This document shows positions 9,556-19,573 of a stretch of DNA of 64,000 bases, in pieces. Where the stretch lies: positions 124,001 through 188,000 of the forward strand of contig CDROCS010002422.1 in NCBI GenBank assembly GCA_977020255.1, given 5' to 3'. The translations under genes and the position numbers were made by a program. Position 1 is the stretch's first letter; each line of letters begins with the position of its first letter. The notes under the pieces were generated by a model. It was not told the origin of the DNA, searched no databases, and saw only the letters and a list, made by a program, of their open reading frames with translations. The DNA comes from Obrimoposthia wandeli. Taxonomy: Eukaryota.

Positions 9556-10335
9556 GTGAGTAACCAAGCAGTACAAATTATGGCCGTGACCGGAATCCCC
9601 GACATCGTACCAGGGGATGATTTAGCCACACAAATTAACCAAGCCATGCAAGCACAACAATTATCACTAGAAGATGGCGACATCCTCGTTATTGCTCACA
9701 AAGTTGTCTCTAAAGCGGAGGGACAAATTGTTAACTTGGCCGATGTAGAGCCTTCTTTAGAAGCATTAGAGCTGGCTGAGAAACTAAATAAAGATCCTGC
9801 GAAAGTTGAAACTGTATTAAGAGAATCATCACGCATTGTTAAAACCAGTAAGCGCGAAGATCAAAATGAAGGGCTGATTATTGCACAACATCGCTTAGGC
9901 TTCATCTGCGCAAATGCCGCGGTTGATGAGTCAAACGTTGATCAGCCAAATCACGTTATTTTACTGCCAAAAGATCCTGATAAGAGCGCGCGTGAAATAT
10001 GCGCGGCTTTGGAGAAAATAAGCGCTAAAAAACTCGGTGTGGTAATCACCGACACCTTTGGCAGACCTTGGCGCATGGGCCTTGTAAACGTTGCTATTGG
10101 TTTAGCTAACGTGCCGAGCAAAGTAGATATGGCCGGTCAAAATGACGCTTATGGTCGTGAACTCAAAGTAACAGTGCCAGCCCTGGCTGATGAACTCGCT
10201 GCTGCCAGTGGCTTATTAATGAGTAAAGAAGGAAAGAAGCCAGTCATTTTATTTAGAGGCGTTGATTGGAGCCGCACATCCAGCAGCGCACAAGACTTAA
10301 TTCGCCCAGCGCGCGAAGATTTATTCAGACTATAA
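9556..10335 (+). CDS. cofE: Coenzyme F420-0:L-glutamate ligase CofE, without a nitroreductase domain
   Basis: Motifs GIPDIVPGDDL, AHKVVSKAEG, ANAAVDESN, ITDTFGRPWRMG and ADELAAA. GTG start with AGAGGA RBS; 259 aa. Confidence 0.95.
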   Translation: MSNQAVQIMAVTGIPDIVPGDDLATQINQAMQAQQLSLEDGDILVIAHKVVSKAEGQIVNLADVEPSLEALELAEKLNKDPAKVETVLRESSRIVKTSKREDQNEGLIIAQHRLGFICANAAVDESNVDQPNHVILLPKDPDKSAREICAALEKISAKKLGVVITDTFGRPWRMGLVNVAIGLANVPSKVDMAGQNDAYGRELKVTVPALADELAAASGLLMSKEGKKPVILFRGVDWSRTSSSAQDLIRPAREDLFRL

Positions 10336-10434
10336 GTTAAAAAGTTAGAACATTTAATACATGTAACTCGTAATTTCTTTACAAACTACATCAACCTTGT
10401 GCTGCATTTGAGCACTAAAAAAGGAAAAACAATA

Positions 10435-11118
10435 ATGAAAATAGCTATTCTTGGTGGAACGGGACCGCAAGGTAAAGGATTAGCATTACGCTTTGCCATG
10501 GCCGGCGTTGATGTTGTATTAGGCTCTAGAGATAGCGGTCGCGCCACTGAAATTGCCGCTGAACTCAACGGACAAATTGCAGCGCTCGATAGCGTCAGCA
10601 TGGCGGGTAATATTTCAGGGGCTGATAATAACCAAGCTGTCATTAGTGCTGATCAAATGGTCATTTTAGCTGTACCTTACTCTGCGCATAATGCCACTTT
10701 AACGGCTATTAAAGGCGATCTTAGCGGCAAGATTTTAATTGATATAGTTGTGCCATTAAAAGATGGAGACCCTAAAGCGGTCGATATGCCTATTGAAGGC
10801 TCCGCCACTGAAGCGGCGCAAGCACTACTGGGACCAGATATCCCGGTGGTTGGTGCACTGCACAATGTTTCAGCGACAACGCTCAATCAACTAGCACAAA
10901 AAATTAACTGTGACATCTTAATATGTGGCAATAATTTAGAAGCTAAAAACCAAGTAATTGGCTTGGTTGAGTTGTTACAAGTACAAGCTTACAACGTTGG
11001 CCCTGCCGTTAATGCACGTTGTGTTGAAGCGATTACGCCCATGTTGATTCGTTTGAATATTTCCAAAAAAGTACCTTTCACTCATGCGGGCATCAAGATT
11101 TGCCCGCCTGAACATTAG
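10435..11118 (+). CDS. npdG: NADPH-dependent F420 reductase (F420H2:NADP+ oxidoreductase, Fno)
   Basis: Motifs [38 protein letters not shown] and [14 protein letters not shown] at 10435 follows an AAGGA RBS. Confidence 0.93.
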   Translation: MKIAILGGTGPQGKGLALRFAMAGVDVVLGSRDSGRATEIAAELNGQIAALDSVSMAGNISGADNNQAVISADQMVILAVPYSAHNATLTAIKGDLSGKILIDIVVPLKDGDPKAVDMPIEGSATEAAQALLGPDIPVVGALHNVSATTLNQLAQKINCDILICGNNLEAKNQVIGLVELLQVQAYNVGPAVNARCVEAITPMLIRLNISKKVPFTHAGIKICPPEH

Positions 11119-11248
11119 AATTATTTGATCAGCTAAGAAGAACAACAGATATAACGATGAATTTTGTCTCGGAGCTTTCGGCTGATCTTACAGATCAGTT
11201 CGATGTCTCCTCACTATAAAAAAAAGAGAGTTATCTCAGGAGTTAACT

Positions 11249-12253
11249 ATGGATTTTGGTATTACGTTTAAAGGCTTTGTTGAACCACAAAGAGCGAGAA
11301 ATTTAGTTAGACAAGCAGAAGAAGCTGGATTCACCCACTGCTGGTTCTACGATTCACACGTACTGTGGCGCGAGTGCTACCCTGCTATTGCTATGTGCAT
11401 GGAACACACCACTAAAATGAAGTTCGGCCCTTGTGTTACTAACCCTAACTCTCGTGATTGGTCAATTGCAGCAAGTCTTTTTGGTAGCTTAGCAAAACAG
11501 AGTAATGGTCGTTTTGTGGTAGGTTTAGGCCGCGGCGATAGCGCGATGCGTGTAATGGGCAAAAAGCCTGCTAACTTAGCGCGAGTAGCTGAGTTCACAC
11601 AAAAAGTTAAAGCCATGGTACGTGGTGAAGAAGTAACTTACGGCGAAAGCCCTGAGCCGGTTAAATTCCCTTGGGCTGATGGTTATGAACTACCAGTACA
11701 CATCGGCGCATACGGACCTAAAGCACTTAAAACGGCTGGGGAAGTTGGCGATGGTGTTATTTTACAAATTGCCGATCCTTCATTAGTTAAATGGTTTGCT
11801 GAGCAAGCAATCTCTGCGGGCAAAGAAGCGGGGCGTGATATGTCTAACTTCCAAGTTATTGCCTCAGCACCTGCTTACATGGGCGATATGGATAAATGTC
11901 GTGAGGCTACTCGTTGGTTCCCTGCGATGGTGGGTAACCACGTTGCTGATATCGTTGAAAAATACGGAGCACACTCCGGCCTAGTGCCTGAAAGTTTGAC
12001 TAACTACATTGAGCAACGTAAAGGTTATGACTATTCAAAGCATGGTCAAAGCGACAACCCTTATCTTGATTTCATTACCAATGACATCATTGACAGCTTC
12101 AGTGTTTTAGGTGAGCCAGATGCGCACATTGCTAAAATTAAAGAACTGGAAGCTGTGGGCACTACACAGTTTAATATCTATTTAGACAGTGGTGATGAAG
12201 AGCAAATTATTGCTGACTACGCGAACAAGATCATCCCTGCTTTTACAAAATAA
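11249..12253 (+). CDS. F420-dependent LLM-class oxidoreductase (TIGR03842/CPS_4043-like, Mer-related)
   Basis: Motifs WFYDSHVLWRE, GPCVTNP, GLGRGDSAMRVMG and AYGPKAL..AGEVGDGVILQIADP. AGGAG RBS; sits directly after the F420 genes. The family was assigned by recognition, not by an HMM run. Confidence 0.85.
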   Translation: MDFGITFKGFVEPQRARNLVRQAEEAGFTHCWFYDSHVLWRECYPAIAMCMEHTTKMKFGPCVTNPNSRDWSIAASLFGSLAKQSNGRFVVGLGRGDSAMRVMGKKPANLARVAEFTQKVKAMVRGEEVTYGESPEPVKFPWADGYELPVHIGAYGPKALKTAGEVGDGVILQIADPSLVKWFAEQAISAGKEAGRDMSNFQVIASAPAYMGDMDKCREATRWFPAMVGNHVADIVEKYGAHSGLVPESLTNYIEQRKGYDYSKHGQSDNPYLDFITNDIIDSFSVLGEPDAHIAKIKELEAVGTTQFNIYLDSGDEEQIIADYANKIIPAFTK

Positions 12254-12317
12254 TTGACTCGCACTAACCCCCGGTCAATTAAAACACCGAGGGTTTTGCA
12301 ATAACTGAGCAAAGATT

Positions 12318-13547
12318 ATGCAAAATATAAAAATTAATGAGCAGCGCCTTTGGGACAGCCTCATGCAGATGGGTGAAATTGGCGGCACTGAAAAAGGTGG
12401 TTGCTGTCGTTTAGCGCTCACTGATTTAGATAAGCAAGGCCGTGACTTATTTGTAAAATGGTGCGAAGAAGCAGGCTGTACCGTAAGCGTCGATAAAATG
12501 GGTAACATTTTTGCTCGTCGTGCGGGAACAGATGATAGCCTTCCTCCAGTAGTAATGGGCAGTCACTTAGATACGCAGCCAACAGGCGGCAAGTTTGATG
12601 GCGTTTATGGGGTGCTAAGTGGCCTTGAAGTTATACGCTCACTTAACGATCATAACATCCAAACTAAACACCCTATTGAAGCTTCAGTATGGACCAACGA
12701 AGAGGGATCTCGCTTCCCACCTGCCATGGTTGCCTCTGGTGTTTTCGCCGGCGTCTTCGATTTAGAATATGGTTTATCACGTGCCGACTTAGACGGTAAA
12801 ACCATGGGCGAAGAACTCAAACGCATCGGTTATGACGGCGCATTAGAGATGGGTAACCGTGAGTTCAAAGCCTTCTTTGAAGCGCATATTGAACAGGGCC
12901 CTATTTTAGAGAACGAAGAAAAGACTATCGGTGTGGTAACAGATGCCCAAGGTCAGCGTTGGTATGAAGTTAAATTTACTGGCCAAGAATCTCATGCAGG
13001 CCCGACTCCTATGGCAACACGTAAAGATGCTTTAGTAGGTGCCGCACGCATGATCGATAAAGTAAACCAAATTGGTTTAGGTAATGCACCATTAGCCTGC
13101 TCTACTGTTGGCTTATTACAAGTATTTCCTAACTCGCGTAATGTTATCCCTGGTGAAGTGTTTTTCACTGTCGATTTCAGACATCCTAATGATGCTGTAC
13201 TGTCTAAAATGGATGCAGAACTTAGAGCTTTTGCCGAGCAAACAGCAACTGAGCTAGGTTTAGAGATGGAATTTGAAGAAATTTGGTATTCACCGCCGGT
13301 TCCTTTCAACAAATCCTGTGTCGATTCCGTGCGTGAAGCGGCAGAAGCTTCAGGCTACTCACATCGCGATATTGTCAGCGGTGCTGGTCACGATGCTTGC
13401 TACATTTCACGTGTAGCACCCACTGCTATGGTGTTTGTTCCTTGTGAAAATGGTATCAGCCACAATGAATCTGAAAATGCAGACCCGGCTGATTTAGCCG
13501 CAGGTTGCGATGTATTGATTCAAGCAGTTTTACTGCAAGCAAACTAG
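12318..13547 (+). CDS. M20 Zn-dependent N-carbamoyl-amino-acid hydrolase / beta-ureidopropionase (PydC/HyuC/AmaB-like)
   Basis: Motifs GSHLDTQPTGGKFDG, WTNEEGSRF, EAHIEQGP, HAGPTPM and SGAGHDA. Confidence 0.9.
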   Translation: MQNIKINEQRLWDSLMQMGEIGGTEKGGCCRLALTDLDKQGRDLFVKWCEEAGCTVSVDKMGNIFARRAGTDDSLPPVVMGSHLDTQPTGGKFDGVYGVLSGLEVIRSLNDHNIQTKHPIEASVWTNEEGSRFPPAMVASGVFAGVFDLEYGLSRADLDGKTMGEELKRIGYDGALEMGNREFKAFFEAHIEQGPILENEEKTIGVVTDAQGQRWYEVKFTGQESHAGPTPMATRKDALVGAARMIDKVNQIGLGNAPLACSTVGLLQVFPNSRNVIPGEVFFTVDFRHPNDAVLSKMDAELRAFAEQTATELGLEMEFEEIWYSPPVPFNKSCVDSVREAAEASGYSHRDIVSGAGHDACYISRVAPTAMVFVPCENGISHNESENADPADLAAGCDVLIQAVLLQAN

Positions 13548-13562
13548 TCTAATAAACAATAT

Positions 13563-13590
13563 GCCTTACATTACTGTAAGGCTATTTTGT
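13563..13590. terminator. Intrinsic terminator ending the F420/LLM/hydrolase transcript
   Basis: gccttaca-ttac-tgtaaggc followed by tattttgt. Confidence 0.6.
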
Positions 13591-13674
13591 TACTAAAGCG
13601 GCGCTTTTCTTTTCGCAATATATAGCTACCCTACTACAGCTAAAGGCTCAGTTTTCAATAGATATCTCATTATT

Positions 13675-14775
13675 TTAGTAGCGGCTAACGGTTTTTTTAA
13701 ACTCCAAAGACAACTGATCAAGATAATAGCTGACCTGTTCACTTTCAGCTTCCATAGTGTCTAGATGCTTAGCCAAACCTACTAGGTCATTTTGCTGGCC
13801 ACATTTAATCGCCGCTCTACCTGCGTTATGCACCATTTCATGGGGCTTAGCTATTTTTTTAAACGCTGCAAAGTGACTATACTTTTTCGCGCCATCGCCT
13901 TTTGCATACCAAATCCCCATTCGACACTCACTATGCTTATTAGGTAACTCTGCAAAGTTTTGGCTATCAACTAAGTTATATATATTACTTTTCCAAACGA
14001 CGTGATCTAGTTTTACCGTATCTAAAAAGGCTTTTATAGAGGTAAAATCGATCACTGCTTGCATGTTTTGAGAGCTAGTTAATACTGAATTGACCACTTG
14101 ATCTATCTGCTGTGATGATACAGATACTTCAGCCGCGCTATTCTTGTTTTCTAAAATTGAATCTTTGATGCTCTCAGTTTGCGCTATTACTTGTAGCACT
14201 AGTTTTTCAATACCAGCGCTTGCTTCATACGCTTTTCCTGCCAGTGCACGTACTTCATCCGCTACTACAGAGAACCCTCTACCTGCCTCTCCCGCTCTTG
14301 CTGCTTCTATCGCAGCATTAAGTGCCAATAAGTTAGTCTGATCTGAAATAGATTGAATCGATGAAACCAGATTATTTATAGAGTGTACTGAACTGTTAAG
14401 CACACTCACTGACTCTTCGCTGTCATCCGCTAAGCGATTTATATCGCTCGCTCTGGTTGCCAATCTAGCGAGCGCTTCTCGTGTTTGCATAAAGATTTCA
14501 TCTAGCTGATGCAATTTTTCCTGCTCAATAACTAAATCTTCAGCGCTTTCACTTAAACCATTACGAATGCTATTGAGCATTGCACTGCCTTTTAATTGGC
14601 TAGAGAAAATGGTTGATTGTTCGTGTAATGCGTTTTTTTGTTGCGTTAACTCATCAACTTCGTTTTTCCATTGGTGGTTTAAAAGCGCCACATCTTCGCT
14701 ATGCTTATTACGTTCATCTATTAGCTGCTGTTTTAATGACTCAATTTCTTTATGTGCTTTGCTTTGAAAAAACAT
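13675..14775 (-). CDS. Soluble methyl-accepting chemotaxis protein with a C-terminal CZB zinc-binding domain
   Basis: Signalling core [34 protein letters not shown] ligands in [17 protein letters not shown] and PHEMVH. No transmembrane segment. Confidence 0.92.
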   Translation of the reverse strand: MFFQSKAHKEIESLKQQLIDERNKHSEDVALLNHQWKNEVDELTQQKNALHEQSTIFSSQLKGSAMLNSIRNGLSESAEDLVIEQEKLHQLDEIFMQTREALARLATRASDINRLADDSEESVSVLNSSVHSINNLVSSIQSISDQTNLLALNAAIEAARAGEAGRGFSVVADEVRALAGKAYEASAGIEKLVLQVIAQTESIKDSILENKNSAAEVSVSSQQIDQVVNSVLTSSQNMQAVIDFTSIKAFLDTVKLDHVVWKSNIYNLVDSQNFAELPNKHSECRMGIWYAKGDGAKKYSHFAAFKKIAKPHEMVHNAGRAAIKCGQQNDLVGLAKHLDTMEAESEQVSYYLDQLSLEFKKTVSRY

Positions 14776-14839
14776 TAAACTTTACCCAGTTGCAATCATT
14801 ATTTATAGCTGCTTTTATCGCTATTTCATCATTTTGTTT

Positions 14840-14991
14840 CATTAGTGTGCGGTTTAATTTTTGTTGTTCTTTAACTCATTGATTTTACGTTAAACATAAG
14901 TGTTATTCGGCTGAAATAATTCAATTACCTATGCTAGAAAACCACAAATCAACGAGCTAGAGAGCTTACACTTTTTAACCGGACAGCAATG
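14840..14991 (+). mobile_element. MITE family A, copy A1 (152 bp)
   Basis: Ends CATTAGTGTGCGGTTT...AACCGGACAGCAATG. Flanks attttgttt/atttagttt form an 8/9 target-site duplication. Confidence 0.85.
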
Positions 14992-15214
14992 ATTTAGTTT
15001 ATGCATTGTTATTAATCAAGCAGGCTTCTTTACACACAAATACTATTAATTTAATGACCGGATACAGTATTAACCGATAGGTAAATTTGAAGTAATGAAG
15101 CAGAGTGAGTTTTAATCTTATTCAAAGAAAACAACAATTGTAGCAATTCGCGATACTATACATTTTTTGCTATTAACTTAAAATAAATATGCTGGCTTAT
15201 TTGATACACAAAGT

Positions 15215-15367
15215 CATTAGTGTCCGGTTTAATGTTTGTTGCTCTCTAACTCATTGATTTTACGTTAACGGAAAATACTCCTTAGCTAAAAAATATCTAT
15301 TTTTCCATGATAGAAAACCACAAATCAATGAGTTAGAGGGCTTACGTTTTTTAACCGGACAGCAATG
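15215..15367 (+). mobile_element. MITE family A, copy A2 (153 bp)
   Basis: Ends CATTAGTGTCCGGTTT...AACCGGACAGCAATG, with a perfect 9-bp TSD acacaaagt. Confidence 0.92.
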
Positions 15368-15376
15368 ACACAAAGT

Positions 15377-15515
15377 GAGACCTTTGCACAATTACTGCAC
15401 TCAGTGATACGGCGTTAAAAACAAGCTCAAAATCCTCATTTATAGGCATAAACTCCGGTTTTTCGCTTGTTTTTGCCTTGTCTCACTGTCGCTCGCTACT
15501 TTGTGCAAAGGTCTC
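15377..15515 (+). mobile_element. MITE family B, copy B1 (139 bp)
   Basis: Perfect 15-bp TIR GAGACCTTTGCACAA/TTGTGCAAAGGTCTC and a 5-bp TSD aaagt. Identical to 40889-41027. Confidence 0.93.
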
Positions 15516-15786
15516 AAAGTATAAAACTGGTTAGGTAAATGAAGAATCATAATGATAAAAGCATAACTAAAGTAACGAAGATTTAAACCTAGCTTGAAAT
15601 CGCTTAATATCAGCTTTGGTAGGGAGCTATCGGCCTTGACCGATCGTAGTGAGAAGGAACTGATTTAACAGCATTTTTCAGCTTTCATAGCTAATAATGC
15701 GCTATTTACGAGGAAGACGGAGCTATAGCCAGATTCTGATTTCTCACAGAAAATGAGTATTCAGCTCACCAACTTCCTCATAACAT

Positions 15787-16560
15787 TTAGCTTTTAACGT
15801 AGCGTGGATAAGTTTGTTTAGCGAGGTTACTTATATTTAGATCTACATCAATGGTAATAAATGGATTATCGGGATCTGTTGTGCCTAAGATATCTCCCTC
15901 TGGAGAAATGATCCAAGATAATCCGCCAATATCAGCAGCGCTCGATTCAGGTAAATACATATTAGAAGATAGATGAAATGCTCCTGAAACAACTGCACCC
16001 GCTTGGCCACCTGCCAACCACTTTTCTACACTAGCATGGGGTGTCACTCGAGGAACACACAACAAGTCTACTTGTTTTTGCCCCAGTTCACGTGAGTGTT
16101 GGAAAAACCACATTTCAGTACAAATTTGTATGCCAATACGTACTTCACCTAATCTAGCTGTATCAAATAACGAATCTCCCATGTCATACCAGCTAGCTTC
16201 CCAGTAGCCTGGTTCATTGGGTAAGTAATACTTTTCATGTATCCCCTGCACACCTTTATTTTCTGTCCATAAATAACCTTGATTACGCCGTGATCCATTG
16301 CCAATTACAATAGGTCTTGTTGAAACTAATGGCGGTAAAGCGAGTGCACTGAACTGCTCGATCCACTGCTGATGTAGTGCTATTGCCTCTTGCCATTGCC
16401 CATCATTACTATCGCGAGTATTTGCTAGCCAAGGTGAAAAAGTCATTTCTGGCAATAATACAAATTCTGATTTTTCAGCTTGCACATGTTGACTTAACTT
16501 TTGCATATCACTTTGTAATTGGCTTGGATCATTACTTAATTGAACCACTGTTACTCTCAT
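15787..16560 (-). CDS. Carbon-nitrogen hydrolase (nitrilase superfamily)
   Basis: Catalytic E-K-C triad in LLPEM, HEKYYLP and QICTEMWF. Confidence 0.88.
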   Translation of the reverse strand: MRVTVVQLSNDPSQLQSDMQKLSQHVQAEKSEFVLLPEMTFSPWLANTRDSNDGQWQEAIALHQQWIEQFSALALPPLVSTRPIVIGNGSRRNQGYLWTENKGVQGIHEKYYLPNEPGYWEASWYDMGDSLFDTARLGEVRIGIQICTEMWFFQHSRELGQKQVDLLCVPRVTPHASVEKWLAGGQAGAVVSGAFHLSSNMYLPESSAADIGGLSWIISPEGDILGTTDPDNPFITIDVDLNISNLAKQTYPRYVKS

Positions 16561-16592
16561 TTACTACTCCTGAATAATGCTGCATTTAATTA

Positions 16593-16752
16593 GCCCCCCA
16601 TCCAGAAACGGATGCCTACTGCGAATGCATCACTAACTCAATCTACTCACTACTAGATCTAGTTGCTTGGAATAACCAAACGCCCATATCTAGTAGTACG
16701 TATCTTGAATCATTGAAACGCTCTCGCGACGATCTCGTTTCTGGATGGGCAC
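16593..16752 (-). mobile_element. MITE family C, copy C1 (160 bp)
   Basis: TIR core CCATCCAGAAACG at both ends and a 6-bp TSD taatta. Reverse-complement homologue of 19415-19573. Confidence 0.82.
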
Positions 16753-16907
16753 TAATTAGCCATTTTTTGCTACCCAAGACTAAGTTACGCATCTGGATAT
16801 AAGATAAAGCATAGACAAAAATAGCTTTTAGCACGAGATACAACTTGTACAACTTAGCAATTCAATATTACAATTTGTTAAATAAAAATAACTTAGTGTT
16901 AATAACG

Positions 16908-17354
16908 ATGCTATTAGATGCGATAGATAAAGAACTGTTGGCTTTACTAAAAGTTGATTCAAGGAAACCTGTTACTTGCCTGGCACAAATATTGGGTATA
17001 TCCAGGCAAACAGTGCAAAAGCGCTTACAAATATTAGAGTCTAAAAAAGTAATTGCCGCTTACACCATTAGAACGGGAGAGGCTTTTAATAGTGAGCGCT
17101 TTCGTGCACAAGCAATGCTCACTATTGAAAATAATGTCAGTGATTCATTAATTGCGTACTTCGCAAAAATACCGCAAGTAACCAGCGTTTATTCTGTTGC
17201 AGGCAATTGTGATGCCCTAGTGACTATTGAATCAAACAGCTCCGAAGGCATCGATTTGGTATTAGATACCATTCGGCGCCACCCTCAAGTTATACAAACT
17301 CAATCTTATTTACTGCTTTCGCAAAAGCTGGATAGGCAGTGGTTACCCAGTTAA
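16908..17354 (+). CDS. Lrp/AsnC family transcriptional regulator
   Basis: [43 protein letters not shown] plus an AsnC ligand domain (YSVAGNCD). Likely start is ATG 16908, not 16845. Confidence 0.9.
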   Translation: MLLDAIDKELLALLKVDSRKPVTCLAQILGISRQTVQKRLQILESKKVIAAYTIRTGEAFNSERFRAQAMLTIENNVSDSLIAYFAKIPQVTSVYSVAGNCDALVTIESNSSEGIDLVLDTIRRHPQVIQTQSYLLLSQKLDRQWLPS

Positions 17355-19327
17355 ATAGTATAACGTACCACCAGCGCTTTTAAGCTGCCACTCACGCCAT
17401 TTAAACTGCGACTTTGCGCTCGTGCAAGCTGCACTCTTTGTGTGGAGCTGCTTGATTGCTGTTGCACAACGAGCATATTATGCTGCACTTGATCTGTGCA
17501 GGCAGATTGCTGCACTGTACGTGAGGTAATTAGACTATTTATGGCGTGTATTTGGGATATTAGCTGCTCCACAACGGCTAATTTTTTCACCACTTCTTGA
17601 GTGCCCTCTACAGAGAGCTGTGCTTGGGTATGTTGGCGCTGCATTGAGTTAGTCACATTCGCAGCGGAGCTTTGTAGTGCATTGAGAATAGCACTAATTT
17701 GCCCTGCTGATTCGGAGGTGCGCATGGCTAACTGGCGAACTTCATCTGCTACCACTGCAAACCCACGCCCACTCTCACCAGCACGCGCGGCTTCTATCGC
17801 AGCGTTAAGGGCTAGCAAATTAGTTTGATCTGAGATTGATACGATCACTTTGAGCATGGCCTCGATATCCTTAGTATCACTATTCAAGCTTGAAATCACT
17901 TTACGACCGCTCATTACTTGAGTCGATAAATCTCCTATGCTTTGCTCTAATTGAGCCACTTCTTTGACACTATGATCTACCGCTTGCTGACCTTCAATCA
18001 CAGAACTTGCCGCTTGCTGAATATCTTGCTCTACATGATTGAACAGTGCTAGTAATTCATTGATGGCGACTATAGATTGGTCTGTTTGCGCCTCTCGCTC
18101 TATAGTTGCCGCTTCTATGTCATCAGAAAATCCAGTAATACTTTCACTAACACTTTCTACTTGTGCCACTTCGCTGCGTATTTCTTGAACCAACTCAACT
18201 AAAAAACCACGTAATTGATTGGCACAATCTGCAAGCTGTTGCAGCTCTAGAAAGCGACTTGGCGCATGCATCGTTTTTGAAAAGTCACCTTTTGTAAGTG
18301 TTTCCAAATATTTAATCGCATTATCTATTGCTGATAATACGCGCTGCTGGCTCAGCGCAGAAAAAACACCTAACACCAATAACAGTGTTAAAACGGCGGC
18401 GAGTGCGAGGAACACTTGGTTTTCCACTTGCATCCGTATTTCTTCTATAAAAGGCTTGCTCTCTTTAACGCGTAGCTCCAAAGTTTGGGTTAATTGCTTT
18501 ACATGCTGCTGAGCTCTTTGCCCCAATTCAATCATTTGCGCAGTGCGTTCAAGCTCTGCAAGATAGCGCTTACTCAGGCTTATTATCGTGCCTAATAACT
18601 CATCGCCAACATCAATCTTTGGCGCGCTTTCTTGCTCTGTCACGGATAATTCCATTAACGCCGCGAAATCATTTTCTTCCGCATCTGCTACAACTCCAAG
18701 CAAAGGTATCTTTGAAAGGATCATTGCTTGCTGCTCAATATCTCTACTGGCCTGTTCAATACTCTTTCTAAGCGAGGGGGAAGGTTGTCGAAAATAGCGA
18801 TCACGCATTAATATTCGCGATGCAGCCATTTGCAATAATGTGATTAATTCAGTATGTAATTTATCAGCTTGCGCTAAGTTATGATCTGTTCTGCCCTTGG
18901 CGATATAATCGTTAAAGCTTTCGATTGCTGAGAGTAACTCGCGCTCATTGTGACTAATGAGCCCCTGAATATCTCCAGCAAGCTTTCCTGCATCACGCAG
19001 TTCAACATCCATATTTAGTGTAAGCTCTTGCAGCGCGGGTAACAGTGATTCTTGTAACGGTAGTGGCAATGCCATGACGGTGGCATTTAACTCCTGCTCT
19101 AGAAATTGTTTGGCGATGCCTAAATCTGATATATCTCCCGTTTTCAAGTAGCTATCGATTAGCAACCGCGTTTTCACTGAGATATCTTCTACTACCTGGA
19201 AGTATTTTTGATTTAACTGATAGGGTTCTTGTAATTTTTGTAGTGCCCAAAAGACACCACTGGTCATTAATAAGATCGCTAATATAAGTAACCCTGATGT
19301 TAATTTGGTCAATGTCGATAATCGCAT
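17351..19327 (-). CDS. Membrane-bound methyl-accepting chemotaxis protein
   Basis: Two hydrophobic helices around a large periplasmic region, a HAMP-like linker, and [34 protein letters not shown]. Confidence 0.93.
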   Translation of the reverse strand: MRLSTLTKLTSGLLILAILLMTSGVFWALQKLQEPYQLNQKYFQVVEDISVKTRLLIDSYLKTGDISDLGIAKQFLEQELNATVMALPLPLQESLLPALQELTLNMDVELRDAGKLAGDIQGLISHNERELLSAIESFNDYIAKGRTDHNLAQADKLHTELITLLQMAASRILMRDRYFRQPSPSLRKSIEQASRDIEQQAMILSKIPLLGVVADAEENDFAALMELSVTEQESAPKIDVGDELLGTIISLSKRYLAELERTAQMIELGQRAQQHVKQLTQTLELRVKESKPFIEEIRMQVENQVFLALAAVLTLLLVLGVFSALSQQRVLSAIDNAIKYLETLTKGDFSKTMHAPSRFLELQQLADCANQLRGFLVELVQEIRSEVAQVESVSESITGFSDDIEAATIEREAQTDQSIVAINELLALFNHVEQDIQQAASSVIEGQQAVDHSVKEVAQLEQSIGDLSTQVMSGRKVISSLNSDTKDIEAMLKVIVSISDQTNLLALNAAIEAARAGESGRGFAVVADEVRQLAMRTSESAGQISAILNALQSSAANVTNSMQRQHTQAQLSVEGTQEVVKKLAVVEQLISQIHAINSLITSRTVQQSACTDQVQHNMLVVQQQSSSSTQRVQLARAQSRSLNGVSGSLKALVVRYTI

Positions 19328-19414
19328 GTTCTACCACTTTCTCACTAGAAAGATAGTAGACTAAGTCATTAACATGACAGTTTTGTTAAACGCGCTCTGC
19401 AAAATTATTAACTA

Positions 19415-19573
19415 GTGTTCATCCTGAAACGGGGTCGTCGCGAGAGCGACTCAATGATTCAAAATATGCACTACTAGATATAGGCGTTTGGTTATTCCAA
19501 ACAACTTTATCTAGTAGTAAGTAGATTGTGTTAGTGAGGCGTTCGCAGTAGACATCCGTTTCTGGATGGACAC
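19415..19573 (+). mobile_element. MITE family C, copy C2 (159 bp)
   Basis: Ends GTGTTCATCCTGAAACGG...CCGTTTCTGGATGGACAC, a perfect 6-bp TSD taacta, and an internal stem actactagat/atctagtagt. Confidence 0.85.

Noticed and set aside
14815-14841. Sigma28 promoter of the CZB chemoreceptor broken by MITE A1
   Set aside because: A CGATAA -10-like core exists on the minus strand, but the reconstructed TAAA -35 is one base off the consensus spacing, so support is too weak.
14840-15515. Clustered repeats as a CRISPR array
   Set aside because: The units are 139-153 bp with TIRs and TSDs, have no regular 25-45 bp repeat/spacer period, and no cas genes are present.
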